Part shown: piece by piece, positions 35,396-44,784 of the stretch | Position numbering within the stretch: the stretch's first letter is position 1 | How the letters are laid out: each line of letters starts with the position of its first letter | NCBI GenBank assembly: GCA_964585785.1 | Contig: CAZPFL010000004.1 | Coordinates: forward strand, 1 to 58,981 | Source: an uncultured Rhodospirillaceae bacterium | Lineage (GTDB): Bacteria > Pseudomonadota > Alphaproteobacteria > UBA8366 | DNA length: 58,981 nucleotides | Reading direction: 5' to 3' | Position numbers and translations under genes: made by a program | The notes under the pieces: generated by a model | Databases searched by the model: none | Seen by the model: the letters and a program-made list of their open reading frames with translations, nothing else | Told to the model about the DNA's origin: nothing

Positions 35396-36760
35396 ATGAA
35401 ATTCTATCGAACGTTATTTGCGGCACTCGGTTTCCTCGCGTCGGCGGGAGTGGCCGGCGCAGAGACGATTTCGATCGGCATCGGGCATCAGAGCATGTGC
35501 ACGGATACCTACACCGCGGGTATCGTGGTCAAGGAGCTCGGGCTGCTTGAAAAGAACCTGCCGAAGACCGGCAAGTACAAGAACGTCAAGTTCCAGGTCA
35601 AATGGGCCGACTACAGTTCCGGCGGCCCGATCACCAACCAGATGCTTGCCGACAAGCTCAACGTCGGCGTGATGGGCGACTACCCGCTCATCGTCAACGG
35701 CGCGAAATTCCAGCAGACCAAGAGCCTCCGCACGCTCTACGTCGCGGGCACCGGCTACAACGTGAAGGGCTCGGGCAACGCGGTCGTCGTTCCGGTCAAC
35801 TCGAACATCTATTCCTTCGAGCAGCTCAAGGGCAAGACGATCTCCGTCCCGGTCGGCAGCGCCGCCTGGGGCATGACGCTCAAGGCCCTGCAGGACGCGG
35901 GCATCCCCGTTTCCAGCATCACGCTGAAGAACCAGAGCCCGGCGGTGGGCGCGGCGAACATCGCCGCGTCGAAGATCGACGCGCACGCCGACTTCTGCCC
36001 CTGGTCCGAGCTGATGGAATTCCGCGGCACGGGCCGCAAGGTCTATGACGGCAGCGAGACCACCATTCCCTATCTGCACGGCGTCGTCGTGCGCAAGGAA
36101 CTGGCGGACAAGTATCCGGAAGTGGTCGTGGCCATGATCAAGGCGGTGATCGACGCGGGTGACTGGATCAGAGCCGACCCGATGCGCGCGGCCGAGAACC
36201 TCGAGAAATGGACCGGCGTCGAGAAGGAGGTCCAGTACCTCTATTTCAGCAAGGGTGGCCATCTGACCCTCGACCCGACGATCAAGCCGCAGTGGATCGA
36301 TGCGCTGAAGTTCGACCACGGCGTTCTGGCGCGCGAGAAGCAGATCCCGCCGCTCGATTTCAAGGCCTGGATCACCGACAAGTATGTTCGTGAGGCCTAC
36401 AAGGAGAAGGGTCTCGATTACGACAGGCAGGTGAAGGAGATCTACGACCCGGCCACCGAGCACAAGGGGCTGCCGATGGAGATCTGGCATGCGCGGGAAG
36501 GCATCAAGACCTATCCCGACATCAAGAGCTTCCTGCAGGCGGTCGCGAAGTTCGAAGCGGTCGGCCAGAAACTCAACGCCACCTACGTCTATGACCAGAA
36601 GACCGGCCTGAAGCTGTTCGGCAAAACGGCCTTCTACGTCAAGGAAAAGGACGGCAGCTACAAGGCCTTCCTGCGGAAGCCGGACGCCCAGACCTACGCC
36701 GCGAAGAGCGGCGGCTCCGTGACCGGCTTCAAGGAAGCGATCGCCGGCCTGTCGAGCTAG
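35396..36760 (+). CDS. NitT/TauT-family (NMT1/SsuA-like) ABC transporter substrate-binding protein with a C-terminal extension
   Basis: 454 aa. Signal peptide MKFYRTLFAALGFLASAGVAGA, and an SsuA/NMT1-like body (ISIGIGHQSMC, DYPLIVNGAKF, KGKTISVPVGSAAWG). About 110 extra C-terminal residues follow. Confidence 0.8.
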   Translation: MKFYRTLFAALGFLASAGVAGAETISIGIGHQSMCTDTYTAGIVVKELGLLEKNLPKTGKYKNVKFQVKWADYSSGGPITNQMLADKLNVGVMGDYPLIVNGAKFQQTKSLRTLYVAGTGYNVKGSGNAVVVPVNSNIYSFEQLKGKTISVPVGSAAWGMTLKALQDAGIPVSSITLKNQSPAVGAANIAASKIDAHADFCPWSELMEFRGTGRKVYDGSETTIPYLHGVVVRKELADKYPEVVVAMIKAVIDAGDWIRADPMRAAENLEKWTGVEKEVQYLYFSKGGHLTLDPTIKPQWIDALKFDHGVLAREKQIPPLDFKAWITDKYVREAYKEKGLDYDRQVKEIYDPATEHKGLPMEIWHAREGIKTYPDIKSFLQAVAKFEAVGQKLNATYVYDQKTGLKLFGKTAFYVKEKDGSYKAFLRKPDAQTYAAKSGGSVTGFKEAIAGLSS

Positions 36761-36777
36761 GGCGCGACATGATGGAA

Positions 36778-36804
36778 CCCCGGGAAGGGTCGCCCTTCCC
36801 GGGG
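36778..36804 (+). promoter_or_regulatory. Perfect 12-bp GC-rich intercistronic stem-loop between the SBP and permease genes
   Basis: CCCCGGGAAGGG (36778-36789), loop TCG, CCCTTCCCGGGG (36793-36804). No U-tract follows. Confidence 0.5.
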
Positions 36805-36838
36805 CCAGGGCGGAGCTTCACACGGCAGGGGAAGGGCG

Positions 36839-37801
36839 ATGTCGGTCCAGGAAACCATAGAACGAAGCCATCGGACGAACGGCGTCTTCGAGGTGGCCGT
36901 GCCGCAGCCAGGGGTTAGCGACGAGGCTGCTCCGGGTGAAGCAGACGGCGCCGGCGCCACGAAAACGACGACAGGAACGAGCCGCAGAAGCGCTGCCGCT
37001 CCGGCCCGGGCGCGGCGCCGTATGCCGCAGGCCCTGAAGCGCTGGGGCATCCGCCTCTTCGCCATCCTGGTCGCCATCGCGCTCTGGGACTATCTCACCG
37101 TCACCGATTTTCACTATGTGATGAACTTCGAGAACGTGCCCGAGCCGCTCGTGGTCGCGAAGAACCTCATCGCGCACCTGCAGACCGAAAAATTCTACAT
37201 TCATATTCTCGTCAGTCTTCGGCGCATTCTGATCGGATACTCCTTCGCGGTCGTGCTCGGTATCGTGATCGGTCTGCTGATGGGGCGGTCCAAGCTGGCC
37301 GAGGATTTCTTCATTCCCTACATCGAAATTCTGCGGCCGATCCCCGCGGTCGCCTGGATCCCGCTCGCGATCCTGATGTGGCCGACCGAAGAGTCGAGCA
37401 TCATTTACATCACCTTCCTCGGCGCCTTCTTTCCGATCGTGATCAACACGGTGCACGGGGCCGAGCAGACACCCGCGGTGCTGGTCCGCGCAGCGCAGTC
37501 GCTCGGGGCGTCGCCGGTCGAGATCTTCTGGCATGTAGTGATTCCCGCCGCGTTGCCGAGTATCGCCGCCGGCCTTTCGATCGGCATGGGCGTGTCCTGG
37601 TTCTCGCTGCTCGCGGGCGAGATCATCAGCGGGCAGTACGGCATCGGCTACTTCACCTGGAACGCTTACTCGCTGATCGAATACCCCAACATCGTGGTCG
37701 GCATGCTGGTGATCGGCGGCCTCGGCACCGCGTCGACCTATCTGGTCAAGCTGGCGACGAAGCCGCTGTTGCGCTGGCAAAAGGCGGAGCAAGGACGATG
37801 A
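36839..37801 (+). CDS. NitT/TauT-family ABC transporter permease
   Basis: 320 aa. Permease core (ILRPIPAVAWIPLAILMW, LGASPVEIFWHVVIPAALPS). The N-terminal 61 aa are low-complexity, so an alternative start lies at 37022. GGGGAAGGG precedes 36839. Confidence 0.85.
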   Translation: MSVQETIERSHRTNGVFEVAVPQPGVSDEAAPGEADGAGATKTTTGTSRRSAAAPARARRRMPQALKRWGIRLFAILVAIALWDYLTVTDFHYVMNFENVPEPLVVAKNLIAHLQTEKFYIHILVSLRRILIGYSFAVVLGIVIGLLMGRSKLAEDFFIPYIEILRPIPAVAWIPLAILMWPTEESSIIYITFLGAFFPIVINTVHGAEQTPAVLVRAAQSLGASPVEIFWHVVIPAALPSIAAGLSIGMGVSWFSLLAGEIISGQYGIGYFTWNAYSLIEYPNIVVGMLVIGGLGTASTYLVKLATKPLLRWQKAEQGR

Positions 37802-38490
37802 TCACCATGCTTTCGACGATCGGATCGGCCATCGCGCGGCGCTGGGTGCTGTGGATTGTCATCGCCGTCGGCTTCGTCATCTCCTACAACCTGATGCTGC
37901 TCGCGGCGCTGATTCTCCGGTTCGGCCAGGTGCCGAACTACATGACCGTCTACGATTATCCGCACAACGTCATCCACATTTTCCAGAACACGCCGGCGCT
38001 GACCGACGCGATCCAGATCGTCGCCGACGAATGGCTGCTCGAGATCGGCCACATGAATTACGACTACGGTCACGGCGTTTCCGAATGGAGTCTGACCGTG
38101 CTGCCGTTCAAGGCCGCGCTGTTGCTTGCCGGGGGTGCGCTGCTCGCAACCGTGATCGTGCTGATGCAGCCGGGCAAGTCCGCGGCCTGCACGGTGGCGA
38201 CCAAGGGCGGCGCGCTCGGCGCGGCCGGTGGCGGCGCTGCGCTGCTCGGCTTCGCCAATGCCACGCTGAGCTGGGTCGTCTGCTGCGCGGCGCCCAACTG
38301 GGTGGCGAGCCTCGCCATGCTCGGCATGAGCGCGTCCTGGGCGTTCTGGCTCGAACCCTTCGGTCACATCATCACGGCGTCGGGCTTCGGCCTGCTCGTC
38401 GTTGCCATTGTCGTGCTGGCGAGCAGGCAGGCCGGCGCCGCGGCCGCCGAGCGGGACGGCGCGCGAGGCGTTTCGGCGATGTCGACGTGA
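37798..38490 (+). CDS. Uncharacterised polytopic membrane protein with a vicinal Cys pair inside a predicted TM helix
   Basis: 230 aa. The ATG at 37798 overlaps the permease stop (ATGA). There are at least four hydrophobic segments, including LSWVVCCAAPNWVASLAMLG. Third codon positions are G/C-rich like the neighbours. I recognise no family. Confidence 0.6.
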   Translation: MITMLSTIGSAIARRWVLWIVIAVGFVISYNLMLLAALILRFGQVPNYMTVYDYPHNVIHIFQNTPALTDAIQIVADEWLLEIGHMNYDYGHGVSEWSLTVLPFKAALLLAGGALLATVIVLMQPGKSAACTVATKGGALGAAGGGAALLGFANATLSWVVCCAAPNWVASLAMLGMSASWAFWLEPFGHIITASGFGLLVVAIVVLASRQAGAAAAERDGARGVSAMST

Positions 38491-38509
38491 CGGGAAAGGA
38501 ATAGCGCAG

Positions 38510-39369
<860 letters not shown>

Positions 39370-39373
<4 letters not shown>

Positions 39374-39600
39374 TTCGCATCCTTCGCCTTGAGTTCGCTC
39401 TCGCGGCGCTCTTGCTGGCGCCGCTGGTCGGATATGCCATCGCCTGGCTGCTCACCGGCGACGCCGGGCGGCCGATGCGCGCGATGCCGGTCGTGCCGGC
39501 GCGGGAAATGGGGTCGACCGTATTGCCGCCGCTCGAAATGTTGCCTGCCGGCGGCCGCGGTTCCGTCCCGTCGATGCCGGTCGGGGAGCGCCGTGCGTGA
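39370..39600 (+). CDS. Tentative small single-pass membrane protein (76 aa)
   Basis: The TTG at 39370 overlaps the ATPase stop (TTGA), and the stop at 39598-39600 abuts the cytochrome c ATG at 39601. The product IRILRLEFALAALLLAPLVGYAIAWLLTG has one TM helix and G/C-rich third positions. No homology is recognised. Confidence 0.35.
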
Positions 39601-40257
39601 ATGCCGCGCCATACAGCCCGGAGGATCGCGTTCTGTTTGCTCGGCCTCGCCGCGTCGGGGATCGCCGTGAGCACGGCGCGGGCTGACATGATCGACACGT
39701 CGGGTATGGCGCCGTGGGAGCCCTGCGCCGAGTGCCACAATATGGATGGCATCAGCCATATGGCCAAGTTTCCCAAGCTCGCCGCGCAGCGGTACGCCTA
39801 CATCGTCAAGCAGATCCATGATTTCCAGGCCGAGCGCCGTACCAATGACGGCGGCAAGATGGTCTCCAATGCGGGGCTGCTGTCGGACGAAGACGTCGTG
39901 GCGGTCGCGAAATATTTCAGCGCGCTGCCGCCGCCGCCGCCCGTGAAAACGGAGGCGAGCGCGGCGACCATCAGCCTGGGACGGCGGCTCTTCACCAAAG
40001 GGAAGCCCGAAGCGGGCGTCGACGCCTGCGCCTCCTGCCATGCCGGCGCCGGCGTCGCCGGCGTGCTGGCGCCCCACATCGAGGCGCAGCATGCCGACTA
40101 CCTCAAGAAGGAGCTGCTCGATTTCCGCGCCGGAAAGCGGGCCAACGACCCGGACGAACGCATGCGCAAGATCGCCCGCGCGCTGAGCGACGCGGAGATC
40201 GTGGCGGTCGCCGCCTATGCCTCGACCCTCGAACGGCCGCAAGGAGCTGCACCGTGA
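39601..40257 (+). CDS. Dihaem c-type cytochrome (cytochrome c4-like)
   Basis: 218 aa. Signal peptide (MPRHTARRIAFCLLGLAASGIAVSTARA), two CxxCH motifs (CAECH, CASCH) and two-domain symmetry. Confidence 0.85.
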   Translation: MPRHTARRIAFCLLGLAASGIAVSTARADMIDTSGMAPWEPCAECHNMDGISHMAKFPKLAAQRYAYIVKQIHDFQAERRTNDGGKMVSNAGLLSDEDVVAVAKYFSALPPPPPVKTEASAATISLGRRLFTKGKPEAGVDACASCHAGAGVAGVLAPHIEAQHADYLKKELLDFRAGKRANDPDERMRKIARALSDAEIVAVAAYASTLERPQGAAP

Positions 40258-41099
40258 GCGATACCTCCATCACCCGCACCTTCCGGTCTGCCGGCTACTT
40301 CGAGCCGAAGCCCGTCGGCGAGGCCGCCCAGGACCGCCCGCCCGCAATCTTCCTGGCGGAAATGCCGGTGGAAATCGCGGCCAAGGCGAACTTCCTCTCG
40401 CGCCTCAACGCCGAGGAATACCGGCGCGTGCGCGAGATCGGCTGCGAGCAGCGCATCGCCGCCGGCGAGTCCGTCTTCTGCCAGGGCGATACCCATGACG
40501 GCATCTTCCTGATCGAGGGAGGCTCGGTGCGCACCTTCTACACCGGGCCGACGGGGCGCGAGATCACACTCGCCTATTGGACGCCGGGGCATTTCGTCGG
40601 CGGGCCGGAGATCTTCGGCGGCGGCACGCATATGTGGTCCGGCGTCGCCGTGCAGGAGACCCGGGTGCTGCGCCTGCGCGGCGCTGACCTGTACCGCCTG
40701 ATGGAACAGATGCCGCGCCTCGCGCTCGGGATCGTCGAAGGGCTGGTGCAAAAAGGCAAATGCTACTCCGCGCTCGTGCACATGCTCGGGACGCGGTCCG
40801 TCATCGAGCGGCTCGCCCAGCTGCTCCTCATCCTCGCCGACACGGATGGCGAGACGGCGGCGGACGGCGTGATGATCGGCCGTTCCTTCACCCATGAAGA
40901 GATGGCCAACATGGTCGGCTCGACCCGCCAATGGGTGACGATGACGCTCGACAAGTTCCAGAAGCAGGGCGCGATCCGAATGCAAGGCCGCCGCATCGTC
41001 CTCTGCGACCGGGCCTGGATCTGCGACAAGGCCGGCATCGCGCCCGGTATGGAGGACACGGAGCCGGCGCACCCGTCCGGCCCCGTGTTTGTCCGCTAA
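40254..41099 (+). CDS. Crp/Fnr family transcriptional regulator
   Basis: 281 aa. The GTG start overlaps the cytochrome c stop (GTGA). cNMP-binding fold (IFLIEGGSVRTFYTGPTGREITLAYWTPGHFVGG) and HTH (HEEMANMVGSTRQWVTMTLDKFQ). There is no FNR Cys cluster. Confidence 0.85.
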   Translation: MSDTSITRTFRSAGYFEPKPVGEAAQDRPPAIFLAEMPVEIAAKANFLSRLNAEEYRRVREIGCEQRIAAGESVFCQGDTHDGIFLIEGGSVRTFYTGPTGREITLAYWTPGHFVGGPEIFGGGTHMWSGVAVQETRVLRLRGADLYRLMEQMPRLALGIVEGLVQKGKCYSALVHMLGTRSVIERLAQLLLILADTDGETAADGVMIGRSFTHEEMANMVGSTRQWVTMTLDKFQKQGAIRMQGRRIVLCDRAWICDKAGIAPGMEDTEPAHPSGPVFVR

Positions 41100-41102
41100 C
41101 CC

Positions 41103-42794
41103 CTAAGCCGGTTCGATATGAACTTTGGGCTGCGACGCCTGCGTGCTGTCAGGCGTCCATCCGCTCTGGTGCGAGCGCCACAACAGCCAGAGCGCAATCG
41201 CCACCATCGCGGCACCGATCGCCGCGCGCACCACATTCCCCATCATGAACAGCGGGATGGATTGCGCGATCAGCATTGCCGGGATGAACAGCAGCGTCCA
41301 GACCTGCCGGCCGCGGTGTTTTTGATACCACGGGAACACGGTCGAGAACGCCGCGAGCAGCAGGAAGAACAGCGACCACGGCTGGGTGAAGAACGGCGAC
41401 ACCGACGGGTTGATCGTCCAGGCCCGGTTGAGGTTGAGCTCCGCCAGATCGCCGAGCACGACGCCCAGGATCACCGGCGCCAGCGGGAAGCCGAACTTCT
41501 TCATCAGGTATCCCAGCAGGCCGAACCAGAACAGCGTCCACATGTCGAACTCGCTGTTGGCGAGCGCGAAGGTGCCGATCGCGCAATAGACCAGAATGAC
41601 CGCCGCCATCGTGTACATGGGGATGCGGGTGATGCTGATGAACGCCTTCAGCGCCACCGCCTGCATCGCGATCATCATGAAATGCGCGATGAAGAAGGCG
41701 GTGAAGATCGAGTAAGCGAGCACCGGCTGCTCGCTGATGAAGAGCGGGCTCGGCACGACGTTGTGGATCAGCAGCGCGCCCAGCATGATCGCGCAAAGTG
41801 GCGAGCCCGGAATGCCGAGCGCCATCATCGTCGTCAGCGCGCCGCCCGCGGTCGCATTGTTCGCGGCCTCCGGCGCGATGATGCCGTCGATTTCACCGGT
41901 GCCGAACCTTTCGGGGTTTTTGGACGCTTTCTTGGCCTGGTCATAGGCGAGGATGTTGGAGATCGAGCTCCCCGCCGCGGGCAGGACGCCGATGAACACG
42001 CCGATCAGCGACGAGCGCAGGACATTCACCCAGCTCCGGCCGAGCGCCTTGATCGCGTTCCAATGCTCGATCTTCACCGCGGAGGCGGTCTTGTCCATCA
42101 GCGGCGATCGCGCGACGTCGGGATCCTCGACGTCAGTCAGCAGCTGGCTGAAGGCGAACAGGCCGATGAGCACGGGCAGGTAAGCGAAGCCGCCCTTGAG
42201 CGATTCGATGCCGAAGTGCAGACGGTCGACCGAGTTGATCTCTTCCGCGCCGATGGCGGCGAACAGCAGCCCGAAATTCCCGGCGATCAGGCCTTTCACC
42301 AGATTGTCGCCGGCCAGGCTCGCGGTGATCGTCAGCGCGAAGATGATCAGCGAGAACAAGGCCCAAGGCTCGAACTCGAGGCCGATCGAAGCGATCGTCG
42401 GCGCCAGCGTCGCCAGCACGCAGGCCCCGAACAGGCCGCCGAAGAAGGAGGCCCAGATGCCGAGCCCGAGCGCCAGTCCGGCCTTGCCGTTGCGCACGGC
42501 GGGAAAGCCGTCGAAGGTCGTTGCGACCGAAGCGGGCGTTCCGGGAATGCCCATGAGCATGCCCGAGATCAGGCCGCCCGAGAGGCCGCCCACGTAAACG
42601 CCCAGCATCGTCGACAGGCCCGCCACCGGCGGCATGCCGAAGGTGAAGGGCAGGGTGAGCACGACGGCCATGGTGACGGTAAAGCCGGGAATGGCGCCGG
42701 CGATGATCCCGAACAGCACGCCGATCAGCATCAGGATCAGGTTGTGCCAGGCAAAGACCGCCGTGCTGGCTGCAATGATATTTTCGACGAACAT
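41103..42794 (-). CDS. tctA: Tripartite tricarboxylate transporter large permease, TctA family (copy 1)
   Basis: 563 aa. GAIPGFTVTMAVVLTLPFTFGM, GIPGTPASVATTFDG and LPAAGSSISNILAYDQAKK are TctA hallmarks. Confidence 0.9.
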   Translation of the reverse strand: MFVENIIAASTAVFAWHNLILMLIGVLFGIIAGAIPGFTVTMAVVLTLPFTFGMPPVAGLSTMLGVYVGGLSGGLISGMLMGIPGTPASVATTFDGFPAVRNGKAGLALGLGIWASFFGGLFGACVLATLAPTIASIGLEFEPWALFSLIIFALTITASLAGDNLVKGLIAGNFGLLFAAIGAEEINSVDRLHFGIESLKGGFAYLPVLIGLFAFSQLLTDVEDPDVARSPLMDKTASAVKIEHWNAIKALGRSWVNVLRSSLIGVFIGVLPAAGSSISNILAYDQAKKASKNPERFGTGEIDGIIAPEAANNATAGGALTTMMALGIPGSPLCAIMLGALLIHNVVPSPLFISEQPVLAYSIFTAFFIAHFMMIAMQAVALKAFISITRIPMYTMAAVILVYCAIGTFALANSEFDMWTLFWFGLLGYLMKKFGFPLAPVILGVVLGDLAELNLNRAWTINPSVSPFFTQPWSLFFLLLAAFSTVFPWYQKHRGRQVWTLLFIPAMLIAQSIPLFMMGNVVRAAIGAAMVAIALWLLWRSHQSGWTPDSTQASQPKVHIEPA

Positions 42795-42819
42795 GTCAGC
42801 TTCCTCGCGCGGATCGGGA

Positions 42820-43305
42820 TCAGTAGAGGTGAAGAATTTCGCCTTCGGGCATGTACACCCGAAGCACGAAGGTGAAGAGCGACCAGACGGTGCCGACGGC
42901 GACGATGGAGATCACCACATGCAGCAGCAGCGCTTTCGGCGTCCGGTTGCCGAGCGCCGTCAGCAGGCCGAAGGTCAGCAGGACGCCACCGATCAGCATG
43001 CCGAGGTAGTCGACGGTCGCCAGGAACGCCAGGAACACCAGGAAGCCCATGATCGGGTTCCGGTAGCGCATGACGGTGGCCCCGATGCCGACCGCACGCC
43101 CTTCTGCGGCGGCCTTCTGGCGCAGCGCCTGGAAGAAGTAGATGACGCAGAGCACGAGCAACGGCACCAGGATGATGCGCGGCCACACTTCGGAGCCGAT
43201 GCTGGCATAGTCGAACTTGGGAATGTTGAAGGTTTCCATGAAAAAGATCGCTGTGACCGCGATCAAGATCACGGAGATCACCGTATCCTTGTTTAACGAT
43301 TTCAT
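42820..43305 (-). CDS. tctB: Tripartite tricarboxylate transporter small subunit, TctB family (copy 1)
   Basis: 161-aa product from MKSLNKDTVISVILIAV with four TM segments. It lies between the tctC and tctA homologues. Confidence 0.8.
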   Translation of the reverse strand: MKSLNKDTVISVILIAVTAIFFMETFNIPKFDYASIGSEVWPRIILVPLLVLCVIYFFQALRQKAAAEGRAVGIGATVMRYRNPIMGFLVFLAFLATVDYLGMLIGGVLLTFGLLTALGNRTPKALLLHVVISIVAVGTVWSLFTFVLRVYMPEGEILHLY

Positions 43306-43433
43306 TCTGTGCGCTCCCGCTGTGCGCTTCCGGGCGCTGCTGCGACCCGCTGCGTTCATAACCCGTGGACGGTCACGCGGAGGCCGTCACGGGCAGGGAT
43401 GCCCATGACGATCCGTCCGCGATCACCGGTCCG

Positions 43434-44408
43434 CTATTGGCGATAGACGCCCAGCTTCTTGGCGAGCGTGGTCCACTTGGCATTCGTCTGCTTCCACCAA
43501 TCGACGTATGCCTCACCCCGGACGAAGCTCACGAAGCTGCCCTTGTCCGTGATCCCTTTGATGAATTTCGGGTCCTTGGAAACTTTTTCGAGCAGGTCCG
43601 CGTAGTAGGTCACCAGTTGCGGCGATGCGCCCTTGGGCAGGACGATGCCGCGGTCGGAGGTGATTTCGAGATCGAAGCCCTGCTCCTTCGCCGTCGGCAC
43701 GTCGGGCAGGATCTTGGACCGGGTGTGATAGTTGATGGCGATCATTTTCAGCCGGCCGGTCTTCGCGTGCTTGGCGCCCGTGGCTTCCGACACCTGCCCG
43801 ATATGGACCGTGTTCGCCAGCAGGGCCTTCATGCGGTCGGCCGTGCCGTCATAGGAGACCACCTTCATGTCGATGCCGAGCGCGTCCTGCACCTGCAGCA
43901 GCGTGAAATGGCTGGTCGAGCCGAGCGTGCCCGCGGCCAGCAGCTTGTGCGGATTGGCCTTTCCCCAGGCCTGCATCTCCTTGTAGTTGCTGAAGGGAGC
44001 GTCCGAGCCGGCCGCAATGAGGGAGACGGTCTGGGTCATCCGCGCCACCGGGGTGAACGCATCCCAAGTGAAGTCGATGCGTCCGGTCAGGTTGCTCGCC
44101 AGGATATGCTGGAAAGTCGCGAACACCGTGCAGCCGTCCGGCTTCGCCTTACGGGCCTGCTTCGTGCCCTTGATGCCGCCCTGGCCGGGAATCGTGACGA
44201 CCTGGAGCTGCGGCTTGGCGCCGTTGCGGTTCGCGGCATCTGCGACAATACGATACAGAATGTCGGTTTCGCCGCCTGCGCCCCAAGGCACGATAAGACG
44301 CGCGTTGTTGCATGGAATATCCACTGCGCCGGCAGGGACGGCCGTCAGGCCTGTACACACGATGCCGGCCGCCGCCAGGATGGCGGCGGTTCGTAGGGTC
44401 CGCTTCAT
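43434..44408 (-). CDS. tctC: Tripartite tricarboxylate transporter substrate-binding protein, TctC/Bug family (copy 1)
   Basis: 324-aa product from MKRTLRTAAILAAAGIVCTGL (signal peptide). Bug-family blocks (VPWGAGGETDI, GSTSHF, YDGTADRMKALL). Confidence 0.9.
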   Translation of the reverse strand: MKRTLRTAAILAAAGIVCTGLTAVPAGAVDIPCNNARLIVPWGAGGETDILYRIVADAANRNGAKPQLQVVTIPGQGGIKGTKQARKAKPDGCTVFATFQHILASNLTGRIDFTWDAFTPVARMTQTVSLIAAGSDAPFSNYKEMQAWGKANPHKLLAAGTLGSTSHFTLLQVQDALGIDMKVVSYDGTADRMKALLANTVHIGQVSEATGAKHAKTGRLKMIAINYHTRSKILPDVPTAKEQGFDLEITSDRGIVLPKGASPQLVTYYADLLEKVSKDPKFIKGITDKGSFVSFVRGEAYVDWWKQTNAKWTTLAKKLGVYRQ

Positions 44409-44784
44409 TTTGCCCTCTCTGTTTAAATGCACTTCTTGGACAACCGCCGCGAGCCGCATAGTCCCCAACGACCCGCGGCGGTTGGATCGAGAAATTGTAA
44501 TCGGCATTGGCGATTACGCAAAATCAACAGGCCGATCGATCGGGCCGGACAGGCCGATGTCGCCGCGGGTCCGGAAAAGGGAAGGGCAAGTTTGAAGCGT
44601 TTGATCGATCGGTTCGACGATCTAAAGTGACAGTGATGTTGACTTAAGTTAGAGTTTTTCCGTTCTCTCCCCAAAAGGGGCTTCGGCCAAAGGGCCGCCC
44701 CCACCGCCATCGGTCGGCGGCCAACGGTACCGAAGCGTCAAGGAACGCACCTCACATTCGCATACGAAATTAGGGAAGGAAGCC

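Noticed and set aside
35157-35426. An 89-aa minus-strand ORF in the tlpA/SBP intergenic region.
   Set aside because: It has no RBS, a composition unlike its neighbours, and overlaps the SBP start. The region is better explained as a promoter/terminator spacer.
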